NCBI GenBank assembly: GCA_049325335.1
Contig: JBMOMC010000002.1
Coordinates: forward strand, 389,805-453,804
From: Nitrospirota bacterium
GTDB taxonomy: Bacteria > Nitrospirota > Nitrospiria > 2-01-FULL-66-17
Direction: 5' to 3'
Length of the DNA: 64,000 nucleotides
Below the pieces are notes generated by a model. It made no database searches, was not told where the DNA came from, and worked only from the letters and a program-made list of their open reading frames with translations. Shown here one piece after another: positions 34,629 to 44,219 of the stretch (position 1 is its first letter; every line of letters begins with the position of its first letter). Position numbers and translations under genes: made by a program.

Positions 34629-37600
34629 TTCCTCCGAGCGACGCGCTCGAACGCGAACGCGCGATCCGCACGTTTGACGCCAACGTGGTCGTGACCGCGG
34701 GCGCGGGGACCGGGAAGACCACGCTTCTGGTTGAACGGCTCGTCCATCTGGTGGTCCGCGACCCCGATCCGGTTCCGGTCACGGAGATCGTGGCCCTCAC
34801 GTTTACGAACAAGGCCGCGGCGGAACTGCTGGTGCGATTTCGCGAGCGCATCGAGGCGCTCGCCCGCGCGTCCGAGTATTCGGACGCGGAGGGCGAGCCT
34901 CGGGACGCGCTCGCAACGCTGGTTGCGTGGACGGGCAGGTCAATGGACTGGGTGGGCAAGCGTCTGCAGGCGGCGCTCGTTCATCTCGATCGCGCGCACA
35001 TCGGCACCATCCACTCGTTCGCGGCCACGCTGCTGCGGTTGTTTCCCATCGAAGCGGGGGTGGACCCCAAATTCCGAGAAGCCGACGAGGCTGCGCGCCG
35101 CGACCACGCGGCGGAGGCCTGGCGCGCGTGGCTCGATCATGAATTGGCGCGCGCGGCGCCGCGCGCGGCGTTGTGGCGACGGCTGTTGGAGCGGCTGACG
35201 CTCGAGGATCTCTATGATCTGGCCGCGGGGCTGAGCGCGGAGTTCATCCCGCTCGATGCGCTGGGTCGTCTGACCGCGGCGCCGGCTCAGGTCGGGGAGT
35301 GGCTTGCAGGGGCCGGTGATGAGGCAGACCGACTGCTGGCCGCGCACCCCCACACGCGCGTGATCGAGCAACGCCTGGCCGCGGCGCGTCGCGTGATCGC
35401 CGGTGCGGCCGAGGGGCGCGCCGCGGAGGCGTCGGATTGCGAGGCGGTCGCGGCCGAGGTCACGTCCGTTCCCAAGGGGTGGGATGCACGTGATGCGGAC
35501 CGCGCCAAGGGCCTCATCAAGCTGGCCCGCCGGTTGTCCGCGGTGGACCCGGAGACCGTGCGGCTGGTCGGCGACGCGCTCGCGCCGTTCGTGCGCGAGT
35601 GCCGGGCGTCGTTTGCGCGGGCCGGGTGGTTGCCGTTTGACGGACTACTCGCGCGGGCTCGCGATCTGGTGCGGGATCACCCCGCGGTCAGAGAGACGCT
35701 CAAACGTCGTTTCCGCGCGCTGTTGGTCGACGAGTGCCAGGACACGGACCCGGCGCAATACGAAATCATGTTGTATCTGGCCGAAGCGCCCGGCGGCGTG
35801 GCGACGCAGTGGCGGAATGTCCGGCTTGATCGAGGCAAACTGTTCCTGGTCGGTGACCCGAAACAATCGATCTACGGGTTTCGCGGCGCGGATTTGGAAG
35901 CGTATCAGGACGTGGCGCGGCTGGTGCTCGATCAGGGAGGCGTGGAGTGTCGGTTGACCACCAATTTTCGGAGTCGTGGCGCGATCCTCGACGCGGTTAA
36001 CGCAGTGGGTGGACGGTTGCTGGCGTATCGGCCCGGCCTACAGGCGGGGTACGAACCGATCGGATCCACGTCGGAGGCCGCGGGAGGCCTCAAACCGATC
36101 GTGCGGGTCGTGCGCGCCCGACACGGCGCGTTCGACGCCGGAACGGGCCGCGAGGCCGAGGCGGAGAGCCTGGCACGCTGGTTTCGCGCGTCGGTGTTCG
36201 GGACCGTGGAGGTCCGCGGCAGGCAGGGACGCGTGAGCCGCGCGGAGCCCGGCGACGTGGCCGTCTTGTTCCGCGCGCTCAGCGACGTGCAGGTGTACCT
36301 GGAAGCGTTTCGCCGCCACGGTATTGCTTATGTGGTGGAAGGGGAGCGACGCTTCTTTGCGGCGCAGGAAGTGGTGGACGCGATCAACGTGTTTCGCGCG
36401 TTGGCATCCCCCTATGATGAGCCCGCGTTGGTGGGCGTGCTCCGGTCGCCGTTGGGCGGCATGACGGACCGCGAGATCTACGCGCTCGCGCGCGCGGGGT
36501 GGCTCGACTACCGCGTGACGGAAGCCGGGGATGCGCCGGGCCCGTGGGCGCCGGTTGCGCTCTACCGGGACCTCGCGGCGTTGTCCCGAGAAGCGCCCCG
36601 CATGCCGGTCGACGAGGCCGTGACCGCGGTGTTCGAGCGGTTTGCGCTCCAGGCGATTGCGGCCGGCGGTCCGCACGGGGATCAGGCTGCGGCCAATGTC
36701 GAGAAATTGGAGCGGATCGCGCGCGACCTGGCGGGGGAAGGTCTGTCGTTCGCCGCGCTGTCCGCGCGTCTGGATCGCCGGGTGCGGGACGAAGTCGAGG
36801 AAGGGGAAAGCCCGCTGGTGGATGAGGCGGTGAACGCGGTGAAGGTGCTCAGCGTGCACAAGGCCAAAGGTCTGGAATTCCCGATCGTGGTGTTGGCGGG
36901 CTCGCACGGCGGGCGGCGCGTGGGAACAGGGCCGCCGGTGGCCAAACACTGGAGCAGCGGGATGGTCGGGGTGGCGGCGGGGGGTGTGGCGTCGCTGACC
37001 GGCGTGTATCTCGCGGAGCGGACGGTCGAGAAAGACGCGGAGGAGAGTCGGCGCGTCTTCTACGTGGCAATGACGCGGGCGCGGGATCTGCTCGTGATCT
37101 CGGGCGCGGAAACCGAACGCGGCCCGGCTCGGGACGGTCCCGCGGCGCTGATTGAAGACGCCATGGGGGCCGCGTGGGGCGAGGTCCCGCGCGACTCGCC
37201 CGCGAAGGACCTCTTCGCGTGGACCGCGGTGGAGGCCGAATCCGATCGCGGCACAGCCGCGTCTCGAACGCCCGTTGATCTTGCGTGGCCGGATCAACGG
37301 GCGTTCGCCTCGCAATGGGACGCGCGCGCGGTACGCGCGAAACGGACCGCGCGATCGGCGATGTACATGACGCCCACCAGATTGGCCGCGCGACGATCCG
37401 GTTCCCCTCCCGCGGCCGGTCGACGACGTGGACCAGCCGATGCCGAACGCGCGCGGCGCGTCGGCACGCTGGTCCACGCGTTTCTGCAGCGATGGGACTT
37501 TGGGGCGGATGTTCGCGCGTGGTCGTCGGCGCTGGACGCGTTCGCGGCCGGTCAACTTGGGGCGTTTCCGGACGTGACCGTCGACGATCTCCGAGCCGCG

Positions 37601-37936
37601 CTTGGGACATTTTTCACGTCGCCGATGTATGCCGAACTTGCGCGCGCCGCGATCATCGGCCGCGAGGTCCCGTTGCTAATGCCGTGGGAAGGTGCGATGA
37701 TGGAAGGCGTGATCGACCTGATCTACGAACAGGGCGGGCGGCTCTATGTGGCGGATTACAAGACCGATTCCATCACCGCGACGGCTGCGCCCGCGGCCGC
37801 GGAACGCTACCGCGTCCAAGCCGAGATCTACACGCGTGCGGTGCGAGCGAGTCTGGGACGGGAGGTGACCGCGTTTCGGTGCCTGTTCGTGCGGCCCGGC
37901 GTGGCGGTGGATCTGGTGCCGGATGCCGACCGCTGA
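34625..37936 (+). CDS. AddA/RexA-like UvrD helicase-nuclease
   Basis: AGAGTGKT, TFTNKAA, VDECQD, VGDPKQSIY.FRGAD, H.AKGLEF, YVAMTRA, G.IDL...DYK. Confidence 0.9.
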   Translation: MIPPSDALERERAIRTFDANVVVTAGAGTGKTTLLVERLVHLVVRDPDPVPVTEIVALTFTNKAAAELLVRFRERIEALARASEYSDAEGEPRDALATLVAWTGRSMDWVGKRLQAALVHLDRAHIGTIHSFAATLLRLFPIEAGVDPKFREADEAARRDHAAEAWRAWLDHELARAAPRAALWRRLLERLTLEDLYDLAAGLSAEFIPLDALGRLTAAPAQVGEWLAGAGDEADRLLAAHPHTRVIEQRLAAARRVIAGAAEGRAAEASDCEAVAAEVTSVPKGWDARDADRAKGLIKLARRLSAVDPETVRLVGDALAPFVRECRASFARAGWLPFDGLLARARDLVRDHPAVRETLKRRFRALLVDECQDTDPAQYEIMLYLAEAPGGVATQWRNVRLDRGKLFLVGDPKQSIYGFRGADLEAYQDVARLVLDQGGVECRLTTNFRSRGAILDAVNAVGGRLLAYRPGLQAGYEPIGSTSEAAGGLKPIVRVVRARHGAFDAGTGREAEAESLARWFRASVFGTVEVRGRQGRVSRAEPGDVAVLFRALSDVQVYLEAFRRHGIAYVVEGERRFFAAQEVVDAINVFRALASPYDEPALVGVLRSPLGGMTDREIYALARAGWLDYRVTEAGDAPGPWAPVALYRDLAALSREAPRMPVDEAVTAVFERFALQAIAAGGPHGDQAAANVEKLERIARDLAGEGLSFAALSARLDRRVRDEVEEGESPLVDEAVNAVKVLSVHKAKGLEFPIVVLAGSHGGRRVGTGPPVAKHWSSGMVGVAAGGVASLTGVYLAERTVEKDAEESRRVFYVAMTRARDLLVISGAETERGPARDGPAALIEDAMGAAWGEVPRDSPAKDLFAWTAVEAESDRGTAASRTPVDLAWPDQRAFASQWDARAVRAKRTARSAMYMTPTRLAARRSGSPPAAGRRRGPADAERARRVGTLVHAFLQRWDFGADVRAWSSALDAFAAGQLGAFPDVTVDDLRAALGTFFTSPMYAELARAAIIGREVPLLMPWEGAMMEGVIDLIYEQGGRLYVADYKTDSITATAAPAAAERYRVQAEIYTRAVRASLGREVTAFRCLFVRPGVAVDLVPDADR

Positions 37937-37949
37937 TCAGGGGGGAGCC

Positions 37950-38180
37950 ATGTTCATCAAACGCGAGGACTATCAATATTTAGAAGGGCTATGCAAGTCG
38001 TTGTCCGAGGCCCAGCAGGAACGGTTGATGACCGCCTTGCTGGGGAAAGACCACGGCGGGTCGTTGGGAGAGCGCGTCCGGATCGTGGGTGAGGAGATCT
38101 ACGACTCCCAGGGCGTGGAGCAAAAAGATTGGATCACGCGGACCATGATCAAAAAGGCGTTCAAGGACGCCAAGGCGTAA
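37950..38180 (+). CDS. Small hypothetical protein
   Basis: GGGGGAG RBS, host-like codon usage, tight operon spacing. Confidence 0.65.
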   Translation: MFIKREDYQYLEGLCKSLSEAQQERLMTALLGKDHGGSLGERVRIVGEEIYDSQGVEQKDWITRTMIKKAFKDAKA

Positions 38181-38182
38181 CC

Positions 38183-38854
38183 GTGGCCGCGTTAATCTCG
38201 GTCGAGGGGGTCCGGAAAACGTTTCGCCGCGGCGGATTCGACGTCAAGGTGTTGGACGGCGTGGACCTTGCCATCGAGCGAGGCTCGTTCCTCGCGCTGA
38301 TGGGGCCGTCAGGGTCGGGCAAGACCACGTTGTTGAATTTGATCGCGGGGATCGATCGGCCGACCGCGGGCCGCATCGCGGTGGACGGCACGGACATCGC
38401 CGCGCTGTCCGAACGCGACCTCACCGCGTGGCGTGCAAGGCACGTCGGCTTCATCTTCCAGCTCTACCATTTAATTCCGGTGCTGACCGCGCTCCAGAAC
38501 GTGGAGCTCCCGTTGACGTTGACGCATCTGCCGCGCCGCGAGCGCCGGGAGCACGCGTTGACCGCACTCAACGTCGTGGGCCTCGCGGACCGGGCCGATC
38601 ACTACCCGCGTCAACTCTCAGGTGGACAAGAGCAGCGCGTGGCGATCGCGCGGGCGGTCGTGACCGATCCCACGGTGATCGTGGCGGACGAGCCCACCGG
38701 GGACCTTGACGCGCAGTCGGCCGAAGAAATCCTGGGCCTCCTGGGCCGACTGCACCGGGAGTTTCACAAAACGATCGTGATGGTCACGCACGACCCGCAC
38801 GCGGCGGAACGGGCGCAGGTGGTCCGTCGGCTGGAGAAGGGGGTGTTGGTATAG
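38183..38854 (+). CDS. ABC transporter ATP-binding protein (LolD/MacB-like)
   Basis: [26 protein letters not shown]. Confidence 0.93.
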   Translation: MAALISVEGVRKTFRRGGFDVKVLDGVDLAIERGSFLALMGPSGSGKTTLLNLIAGIDRPTAGRIAVDGTDIAALSERDLTAWRARHVGFIFQLYHLIPVLTALQNVELPLTLTHLPRRERREHALTALNVVGLADRADHYPRQLSGGQEQRVAIARAVVTDPTVIVADEPTGDLDAQSAEEILGLLGRLHREFHKTIVMVTHDPHAAERAQVVRRLEKGVLV

Positions 38855-38863
38855 CTCTCCGGC

Positions 38864-39271
38864 TCAGTGTTCTTCCTTCACCAGGTTCTTGTTCCACTCT
38901 GGGATTTCCACGACGAGGTCCATCGTGCCGTTCGGAACGGTCTGGCACGCGAGGCGGGATTGCAGCGTGGTGGCGGGCGCTTCGTCGAGTTGATCTAACT
39001 CGTCGTCCGTGGCTTGGTTGCAGGATTCGAGACCTTGTTTCACGATGACGTGGCAGGTCGAGCACGCGCACACGCCCCCGCACACGTGTTCGATCTCCAT
39101 GCCGGAGGCCAACGCGATGTCCAGGATGCTGCCCGGCTGTCCGGTGTGACCGTAGGGAATCTTGGTCGGATCGACCTGGATCGCCACGTTCTTGTGCGTG
39201 AACGTGATCGTGTACGGTTTTTGAGGCAGCTCGACCTTCGGCCGCTCGATATAGGGATTGGTCCCGCCCAT
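38864..39271 (-). CDS. fdx: 2Fe-2S ferredoxin (ISC/adrenodoxin type)
   Basis: HVCGGVCACSTCHV, SRLACQ. Confidence 0.9.
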   Translation of the reverse strand: MGGTNPYIERPKVELPQKPYTITFTHKNVAIQVDPTKIPYGHTGQPGSILDIALASGMEIEHVCGGVCACSTCHVIVKQGLESCNQATDDELDQLDEAPATTLQSRLACQTVPNGTMDLVVEIPEWNKNLVKEEH

Positions 39272-39424
39272 GCCGTCCTCCGAGGTGGTTCCGTCAAGCG
39301 GTCCAATCTACCACATGGGGCTTGGCCCCGCCAAGGTGAATAACCGGCGCCACGGCACGTCTCAGGAACCGATGGCGTGGTTTATACTCATCCTCGTCGT
39401 TCACAAGACGGGGGAAGGATTCAT

Positions 39425-40285
39425 ATGACCAGACAGCGGAGACCGGCTGTGATGACCGCGCGCAAGCGCGCGCCAACCCCGACGCGCGGCTCCTCGGCGT
39501 TGTGGACTGAGGCAAGGATTGTTCCCGCGCCGCTGGACCGCCTGCCGGGGACACGGGTGCTGGTCCTGGCTCCGCACATGGACGATGAGACCTTGGGGTG
39601 CGGGGGCAGCCTGCATCGTCATGTCCTGGCGGGGGAAGCGGTCACGGTTGCGTACATGACCGACGGCCGTAAAGGTGATCCCGCGCTCAATGCCAGTGAT
39701 GTGCCGACGGCCGAGCGCGAGCGTCGGGAGGATGCGTTGGCCGCTTCGCGCCGTGACGAGGCGCGCCGGAGCGCCGCGATCCTCGGCGTGGGGGACCTGC
39801 GATTTCTCGGGAACCGCGACCAGGAGTTGCGCGTGTCGCCGCAGACGCGTCGACAAGTGCGCGAGCTGTTAGAGGAACTCGCGCCGGACTTGGTGTACCT
39901 TCCGTTTCCGACCGATCACCATCCGGATCACCAAGCGACGAACCGAATTTTCCTTGCCGCCTTGTCCGCAACAAGGAGGATCGAGCCGCCGTTGTGCGCG
40001 GGCTACGAAGTGTGGGCCCCGCTCGATCCGAATTGCCTGGTGGACATCACGGCGATCGCACAGGTCAAACAACGGGCGCTGGCGGAGTTTGCCAGTCAGA
40101 TGGCCGTCATTGACTACGGCCGGTGTATCATGGGATTGCACGCGTACCGTTCCATCACGCACCTACAGGGCCGAGGATTCGCGGAGGCGTTCGTGCTGCT
40201 TCCGGCCGCCGAATACCGCCGCGAGGCGTTGCGCGTCCTGGGCCGATCCGCGCGCGGCTTGCATTCGCAAAACAGGGCGCGGTAG
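39425..40285 (+). CDS. PIG-L family deacetylase
   Basis: APHMDDE..G.GG, R..E, D.HPDH, AEAF; start uncertain. Confidence 0.85.
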   Translation: MTRQRRPAVMTARKRAPTPTRGSSALWTEARIVPAPLDRLPGTRVLVLAPHMDDETLGCGGSLHRHVLAGEAVTVAYMTDGRKGDPALNASDVPTAERERREDALAASRRDEARRSAAILGVGDLRFLGNRDQELRVSPQTRRQVRELLEELAPDLVYLPFPTDHHPDHQATNRIFLAALSATRRIEPPLCAGYEVWAPLDPNCLVDITAIAQVKQRALAEFASQMAVIDYGRCIMGLHAYRSITHLQGRGFAEAFVLLPAAEYRREALRVLGRSARGLHSQNRAR

Positions 40286-40326
40286 CATACCGCCAACTTG
40301 TCAGGGAGGGGAAGGAGGTGATCGAG

Positions 40327-40611
40327 TTGAAGCGACTGATTTTAGCGGTAGCCGCGGTGTCGTTCATTTGGGCCGGGACGGCCCTGGCCGATGCCATGGG
40401 CAACGTGATGGGCGAAGTCACCAAGGTGGACGGGGAGATGGTTACGATCAAGACGGCCGACGGAAGTTCCAAGTCGGTCCACGTTGATCCCAAGGGCACC
40501 AAGAAAGAGGGCGACATCAAAGTCGGTGTGCACGTGACGGCGGACGTGACGCCGGGCAATCACGCGAATTGGATCAAGGAAATGAAGGGAGATCATGCGG
40601 GGATGAAGTGA
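40327..40611 (+). CDS. Small secreted OB-fold-like protein
   Basis: GGAGGTG RBS, TTG start, signal peptide ending ALA, GEV.KVDG..VTIK, IKVG..V. Confidence 0.7.
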   Translation: MKRLILAVAAVSFIWAGTALADAMGNVMGEVTKVDGEMVTIKTADGSSKSVHVDPKGTKKEGDIKVGVHVTADVTPGNHANWIKEMKGDHAGMK

Positions 40612-40699
40612 GTATCGGTCGCATGAATGGCGTGACCGCGGCGCCCGGCGAACGTGATTCGACGGGCGCCGTGTTGTTTCAGGCGCGGGACCGACGCGG

Positions 40700-41119
40700 A
40701 TGACCCGATTCGTGGCGGCGGGCCTGGCCGCGATCGCCGCGGGGATCGCGCTGGCGTGGTGGTTCGGCGAGCCCACGCGGAGCGTGGCGGGCGCCCTGTT
40801 GTTGGTGGGGCCGTCGGCCAAGGCGGACGCCTATGGCGTGGCCCAAGGCGCGGTGACGCACGGGGAGGCCGTGCTCATAGACTTTGGGGACGGAGACGTC
40901 GCGTTTTTCGTCAATCGCGCCGAGGAGATCCTCGCATTGGTCAACGGCTGCGGCGAGCGCGTGAGTCCGACGCGACAACAACAACTCCCGGTCCTGATCG
41001 AAGCGTGGTTTCGCGTTCGGAACGTCCCTCCGTATACCGTGGAGGCCCGCTCCACCCGTTATCGGTTCGAGACGACGACGGCTGCGGCGACCGGAGGGGA
41101 GCCGTCGTCTTGCCCGTAG
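40700..41119 (+). CDS. Hypothetical membrane-anchored protein
   Basis: N-terminal hydrophobic helix; fills the intergenic gap. Confidence 0.55.
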   Translation: MTRFVAAGLAAIAAGIALAWWFGEPTRSVAGALLLVGPSAKADAYGVAQGAVTHGEAVLIDFGDGDVAFFVNRAEEILALVNGCGERVSPTRQQQLPVLIEAWFRVRNVPPYTVEARSTRYRFETTTAAATGGEPSSCP

Positions 41120-41266
41120 CGCATTCGCGGGAGAGATGAACCCGACGGCATGTTCCGAGCAACCCTAATGTCCGCGCCGGCATGGATGGGGGAGGGTCCG
41201 GGGTAGGATGTCATCCGGTTCCCGACACGGAGATGCCATCACTCACGATGAGTTCGGAGGTCTGCC

Positions 41267-42172
41267 ATGAAAGTGTTTGTGACGGGCGGGACGGGGTACA
41301 TCGGGAACGCGGTGGTGGCGGCGCTCTGTCGCGCCGGGCACGATGTGGCGGCCACGGTGCGCTCACGCGAGAAGGCCGGGTGGGTGGAGCGGTACGGGGC
41401 GCGGGTGGTGGACGGCGACATCTCGCGTCCGGCGTCGCTGGCGGAGGCGGTGAAACGCGCGGATGCCGTGGTGCACACCGCGTCCGCGTCGTCGGACTCC
41501 GGTCGGATCGACCGCGCGGTGGTGGAATGGTTGCTCGACGCGGTGGCGGAGTCCGATGGGTTGCGTCGCTTCGTCTACACCAGCGGCGTGTGGGTGTTGG
41601 GGGATACCGGGAATAAATTCGCAGACGAATCCTCTTCAACGACGCGCGCCGCGGCGATCGTCGGATGGCGACCCGCGGTGGAGGAACTGATTGACAATGG
41701 GATGGCGCGCGGCATTACGGCCTGGGTCATCCGTCCCGGCATCGTGTACGGCGGTTCGGGCGGCATCACCGGGATGCTGTTCGCTTCGGCCGAGAAGGAG
41801 GGCGCGGTGCGGATCATCGGCGAGGGCAAGAACCACTGGGCCGTGGTGCACCGCGATGACCTGGCGGATCTGTACGTCCGGGTGGTGGAGCAGGCGCCCG
41901 CGGGGCATATTTTCCACGCCACGGACGGTTCGCGTCTAACCGTGCGGGTCATGGCCGAGGCTTTAAGCCGCGCCGCCGGATGCCGAGGGACCGTGACCGC
42001 GACGCCGCTTGATGAAGCCCGCAAGGGGATGGGCGCGTTCGCCGACGCTCTGGCGTTGGATCAACACGTCTCCGGCGTGCTCGCCGAACGGTTGTTGGGC
42101 TGGGAGCCCAGGCACCGGTCGTTGGTGGGCGAAGCCGAGGCGTTGTGGCGATCCTACAAAGCGGGCGCGTAG
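41267..42172 (+). CDS. NAD-dependent epimerase/dehydratase family protein
   Basis: VFVTGGTGYIG, YTSG.W..G, VH.DDLA.LY. Confidence 0.9.
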   Translation: MKVFVTGGTGYIGNAVVAALCRAGHDVAATVRSREKAGWVERYGARVVDGDISRPASLAEAVKRADAVVHTASASSDSGRIDRAVVEWLLDAVAESDGLRRFVYTSGVWVLGDTGNKFADESSSTTRAAAIVGWRPAVEELIDNGMARGITAWVIRPGIVYGGSGGITGMLFASAEKEGAVRIIGEGKNHWAVVHRDDLADLYVRVVEQAPAGHIFHATDGSRLTVRVMAEALSRAAGCRGTVTATPLDEARKGMGAFADALALDQHVSGVLAERLLGWEPRHRSLVGEAEALWRSYKAGA

Positions 42173-42298
42173 CGCCCGCCGCCTGAACAGGTGCACTTCC
42201 GATGGCCTACCTGCGCGGGCGTGGCAGCCGTTGTCGTCATTGCTTCGCCATGTGTCATGTGTCAAAGAGCCTTTTGGTGCGCCGGTGGCGCGAGGCAC

Positions 42299-42322
42299 AT
42301 TCCCGCGGAGGCGGGAATCCAG
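42299..42322. repeat. ATTCCC-N8-GGGAAT palindrome (dRS3/REP-like)
   Basis: ATTCCCGCGGAGGCGGGAATCCAG between convergent genes. Confidence 0.55.
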
Positions 42323-42333
42323 ACTACGTCGGA

Positions 42334-43578
42334 CTAGTCGGCCGTTGCTAACAGCGATTTCAAGTTGAATGTGGGGTCGGCCAGTTGTTCGCGGGCAGCG
42401 TCGATGCGGATGGTTTGTTTGATCAGTTGGCCGACCGTGACGTGGTCTTTGGGCGCGTTGAGGACCGCGGCGCCTTTGATGACGCCGTCGCGGACGATCA
42501 GCCGGGCGTAGCTCCCGCGATCGGGCGATCCTCGGAGGATGACCTCAGCCCCGGGCGGCATGGACGGATCGCCGGTGAGGCCGACCGGCATGCCGAAGAT
42601 GGTGATGACGTAGCCGCCCACGAACCGGTACGGCGTGGCGTCCCCAACCATATTCAGCGCCGCGACTTTGCCTTGCTCCATTGCGTTGGACCAGTTTCCG
42701 AGTTGGTTGCTCCGGCCCGAGGTGAGGTCGAAAAATTCGGCGATGTCTCCGGCGGCGAACACGTGCGGCACGCTGGTCCGGAAGTATTCGTCGGTTACGA
42801 TCCCTTTCCGGACGGCGAGCCCGGCGTCTGTGACGAACGGGTGGAGCGTGCTGATCCCGATGCCCACGCCCATGATGTCGCAGGGGAAGACGCTCCCGCT
42901 CGCCATCACCGCCTGTCGGTTCGTTCCCGCGCCGCGAATCTCGTGGAGCTGTTCGGAGTACCGCACGTCGATCCCGCGGGCGCGGAGGGTGCGGTCGATC
43001 CAGGCGCTGGCCGTCTCGTCGAGGAACGCGGGCCAGAACCGCGGCTCCATGAGGACCAACGTGGTGGGGCGGCCGTGGTGGGAAAAACCGCGCGCCAATT
43101 CCAATCCGATGAACCCGCCGCCCACGACAACGGCCCGCGTGGCGGCGGGCATGGACGCCAAGATTCTGTCCGCGTCGTCGATGGTCCGCAAGTAATGCAC
43201 CCCGGGCCAGTCCGCGCCCGCGCACGAGAGTCGCCGTGCGGCGCCGCCCATCGCGAGCAGCAGCGCGCCGTACCGGACCGCCGAACCGTCGTCGAGGCGT
43301 ACGGACTGGTCGGCGACGGACAGGGACCGCACGGCGCATCCGCGCGTCAGATCAATGCCGCGCTCGCGATACCACGCCTCGTCTTTCAGAAACACCCGGT
43401 CGCGCGGAATCTGCGCGGCGAGATAGTCCGGCAGTCGGACCCTGGAGTAGAGGGTATGCGGCTCCTCCGTGACGAGCATCACGGACCGGTCGGAGTATTT
43501 CCGGATGGTGTCCGCCGCCGTGGTTCCGGCGATCCCCCCGCCGATGATCAGATACTCAACTGTCCGTGGTTCCGGCAT
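42334..43578 (-). CDS. FAD-dependent pyridine nucleotide-disulfide oxidoreductase (ferredoxin/rubredoxin reductase-like)
   Basis: IIGGGIAG, VVGGGFIGLE, TS.PHVFAAGD, A..QG..AA.NM. Confidence 0.9.
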   Translation of the reverse strand: MPEPRTVEYLIIGGGIAGTTAADTIRKYSDRSVMLVTEEPHTLYSRVRLPDYLAAQIPRDRVFLKDEAWYRERGIDLTRGCAVRSLSVADQSVRLDDGSAVRYGALLLAMGGAARRLSCAGADWPGVHYLRTIDDADRILASMPAATRAVVVGGGFIGLELARGFSHHGRPTTLVLMEPRFWPAFLDETASAWIDRTLRARGIDVRYSEQLHEIRGAGTNRQAVMASGSVFPCDIMGVGIGISTLHPFVTDAGLAVRKGIVTDEYFRTSVPHVFAAGDIAEFFDLTSGRSNQLGNWSNAMEQGKVAALNMVGDATPYRFVGGYVITIFGMPVGLTGDPSMPPGAEVILRGSPDRGSYARLIVRDGVIKGAAVLNAPKDHVTVGQLIKQTIRIDAAREQLADPTFNLKSLLATAD

Positions 43579-43688
43579 GGCATTCTCGGTTTGCTGAGTC
43601 GGAAACGATTCGGAAGAGTATAACGCATCGTCGCGTCGGCGGCTGGGCGCAACGTGGTATGCTCGGGCATTAACCGCGAGTCGTTCAC

Positions 43689-44126
43689 GTGTCTGAATCC
43701 GTTCGGTCGGATCCATCCGATCTCCCAGCGCCGCTGGTGTTGTACGACGGCCGGTGCGGGTTGTGTTCGGGAACCGTGATGTGGGTGGTCAGGCGGGATC
43801 GGCGCGCGCGCGTTCGATTCGCGGCGATGCAGTCGAGGATCGGCCAAACCCTGCTGCGGCGATTCGGTTTGCCGACGGATCAATTCACCACGTTCGTGTT
43901 AGTGGAGGCGGACGGGCATTTCACCAAGTCCACCGCGGCCTTACGCGTTGTTCGGTATCTGGACCCGCCGTGGTCCTGGCTCTATACGCTGATCGTAGCG
44001 CCGCGTTTCCTCCGCGACCGGCTCTATGATTGGGTCGCCCGCAATCGATACGGCTGGTTCGGCCGGCGGGACCAGTGTTTCATCCCGGATTCGCGATTCC
44101 GTGACCGGTTCGTCGATCCGGGCTGA
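43689..44126 (+). CDS. DCC1-like thiol-disulfide oxidoreductase (DUF393)
   Basis: YDG.CGLC, FAAMQS..G, RD.LY..VARNRY.WFG. Confidence 0.9.
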   Translation: MSESVRSDPSDLPAPLVLYDGRCGLCSGTVMWVVRRDRRARVRFAAMQSRIGQTLLRRFGLPTDQFTTFVLVEADGHFTKSTAALRVVRYLDPPWSWLYTLIVAPRFLRDRLYDWVARNRYGWFGRRDQCFIPDSRFRDRFVDPG

Positions 44127-44219
44127 CGCCGCGGCGTTCCCATCGATGCTCGGTCCGGGTTGGCCACTTTGCGTTTTTACAGTACATTTAGGTGGTCACG
44201 CGTGCGAGTGGGGCGACGG

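Noticed and set aside
38183..38854. ABC ATPase without adjacent permease as a novel system
   Set aside because: Split ABC loci are common; nothing else unusual.
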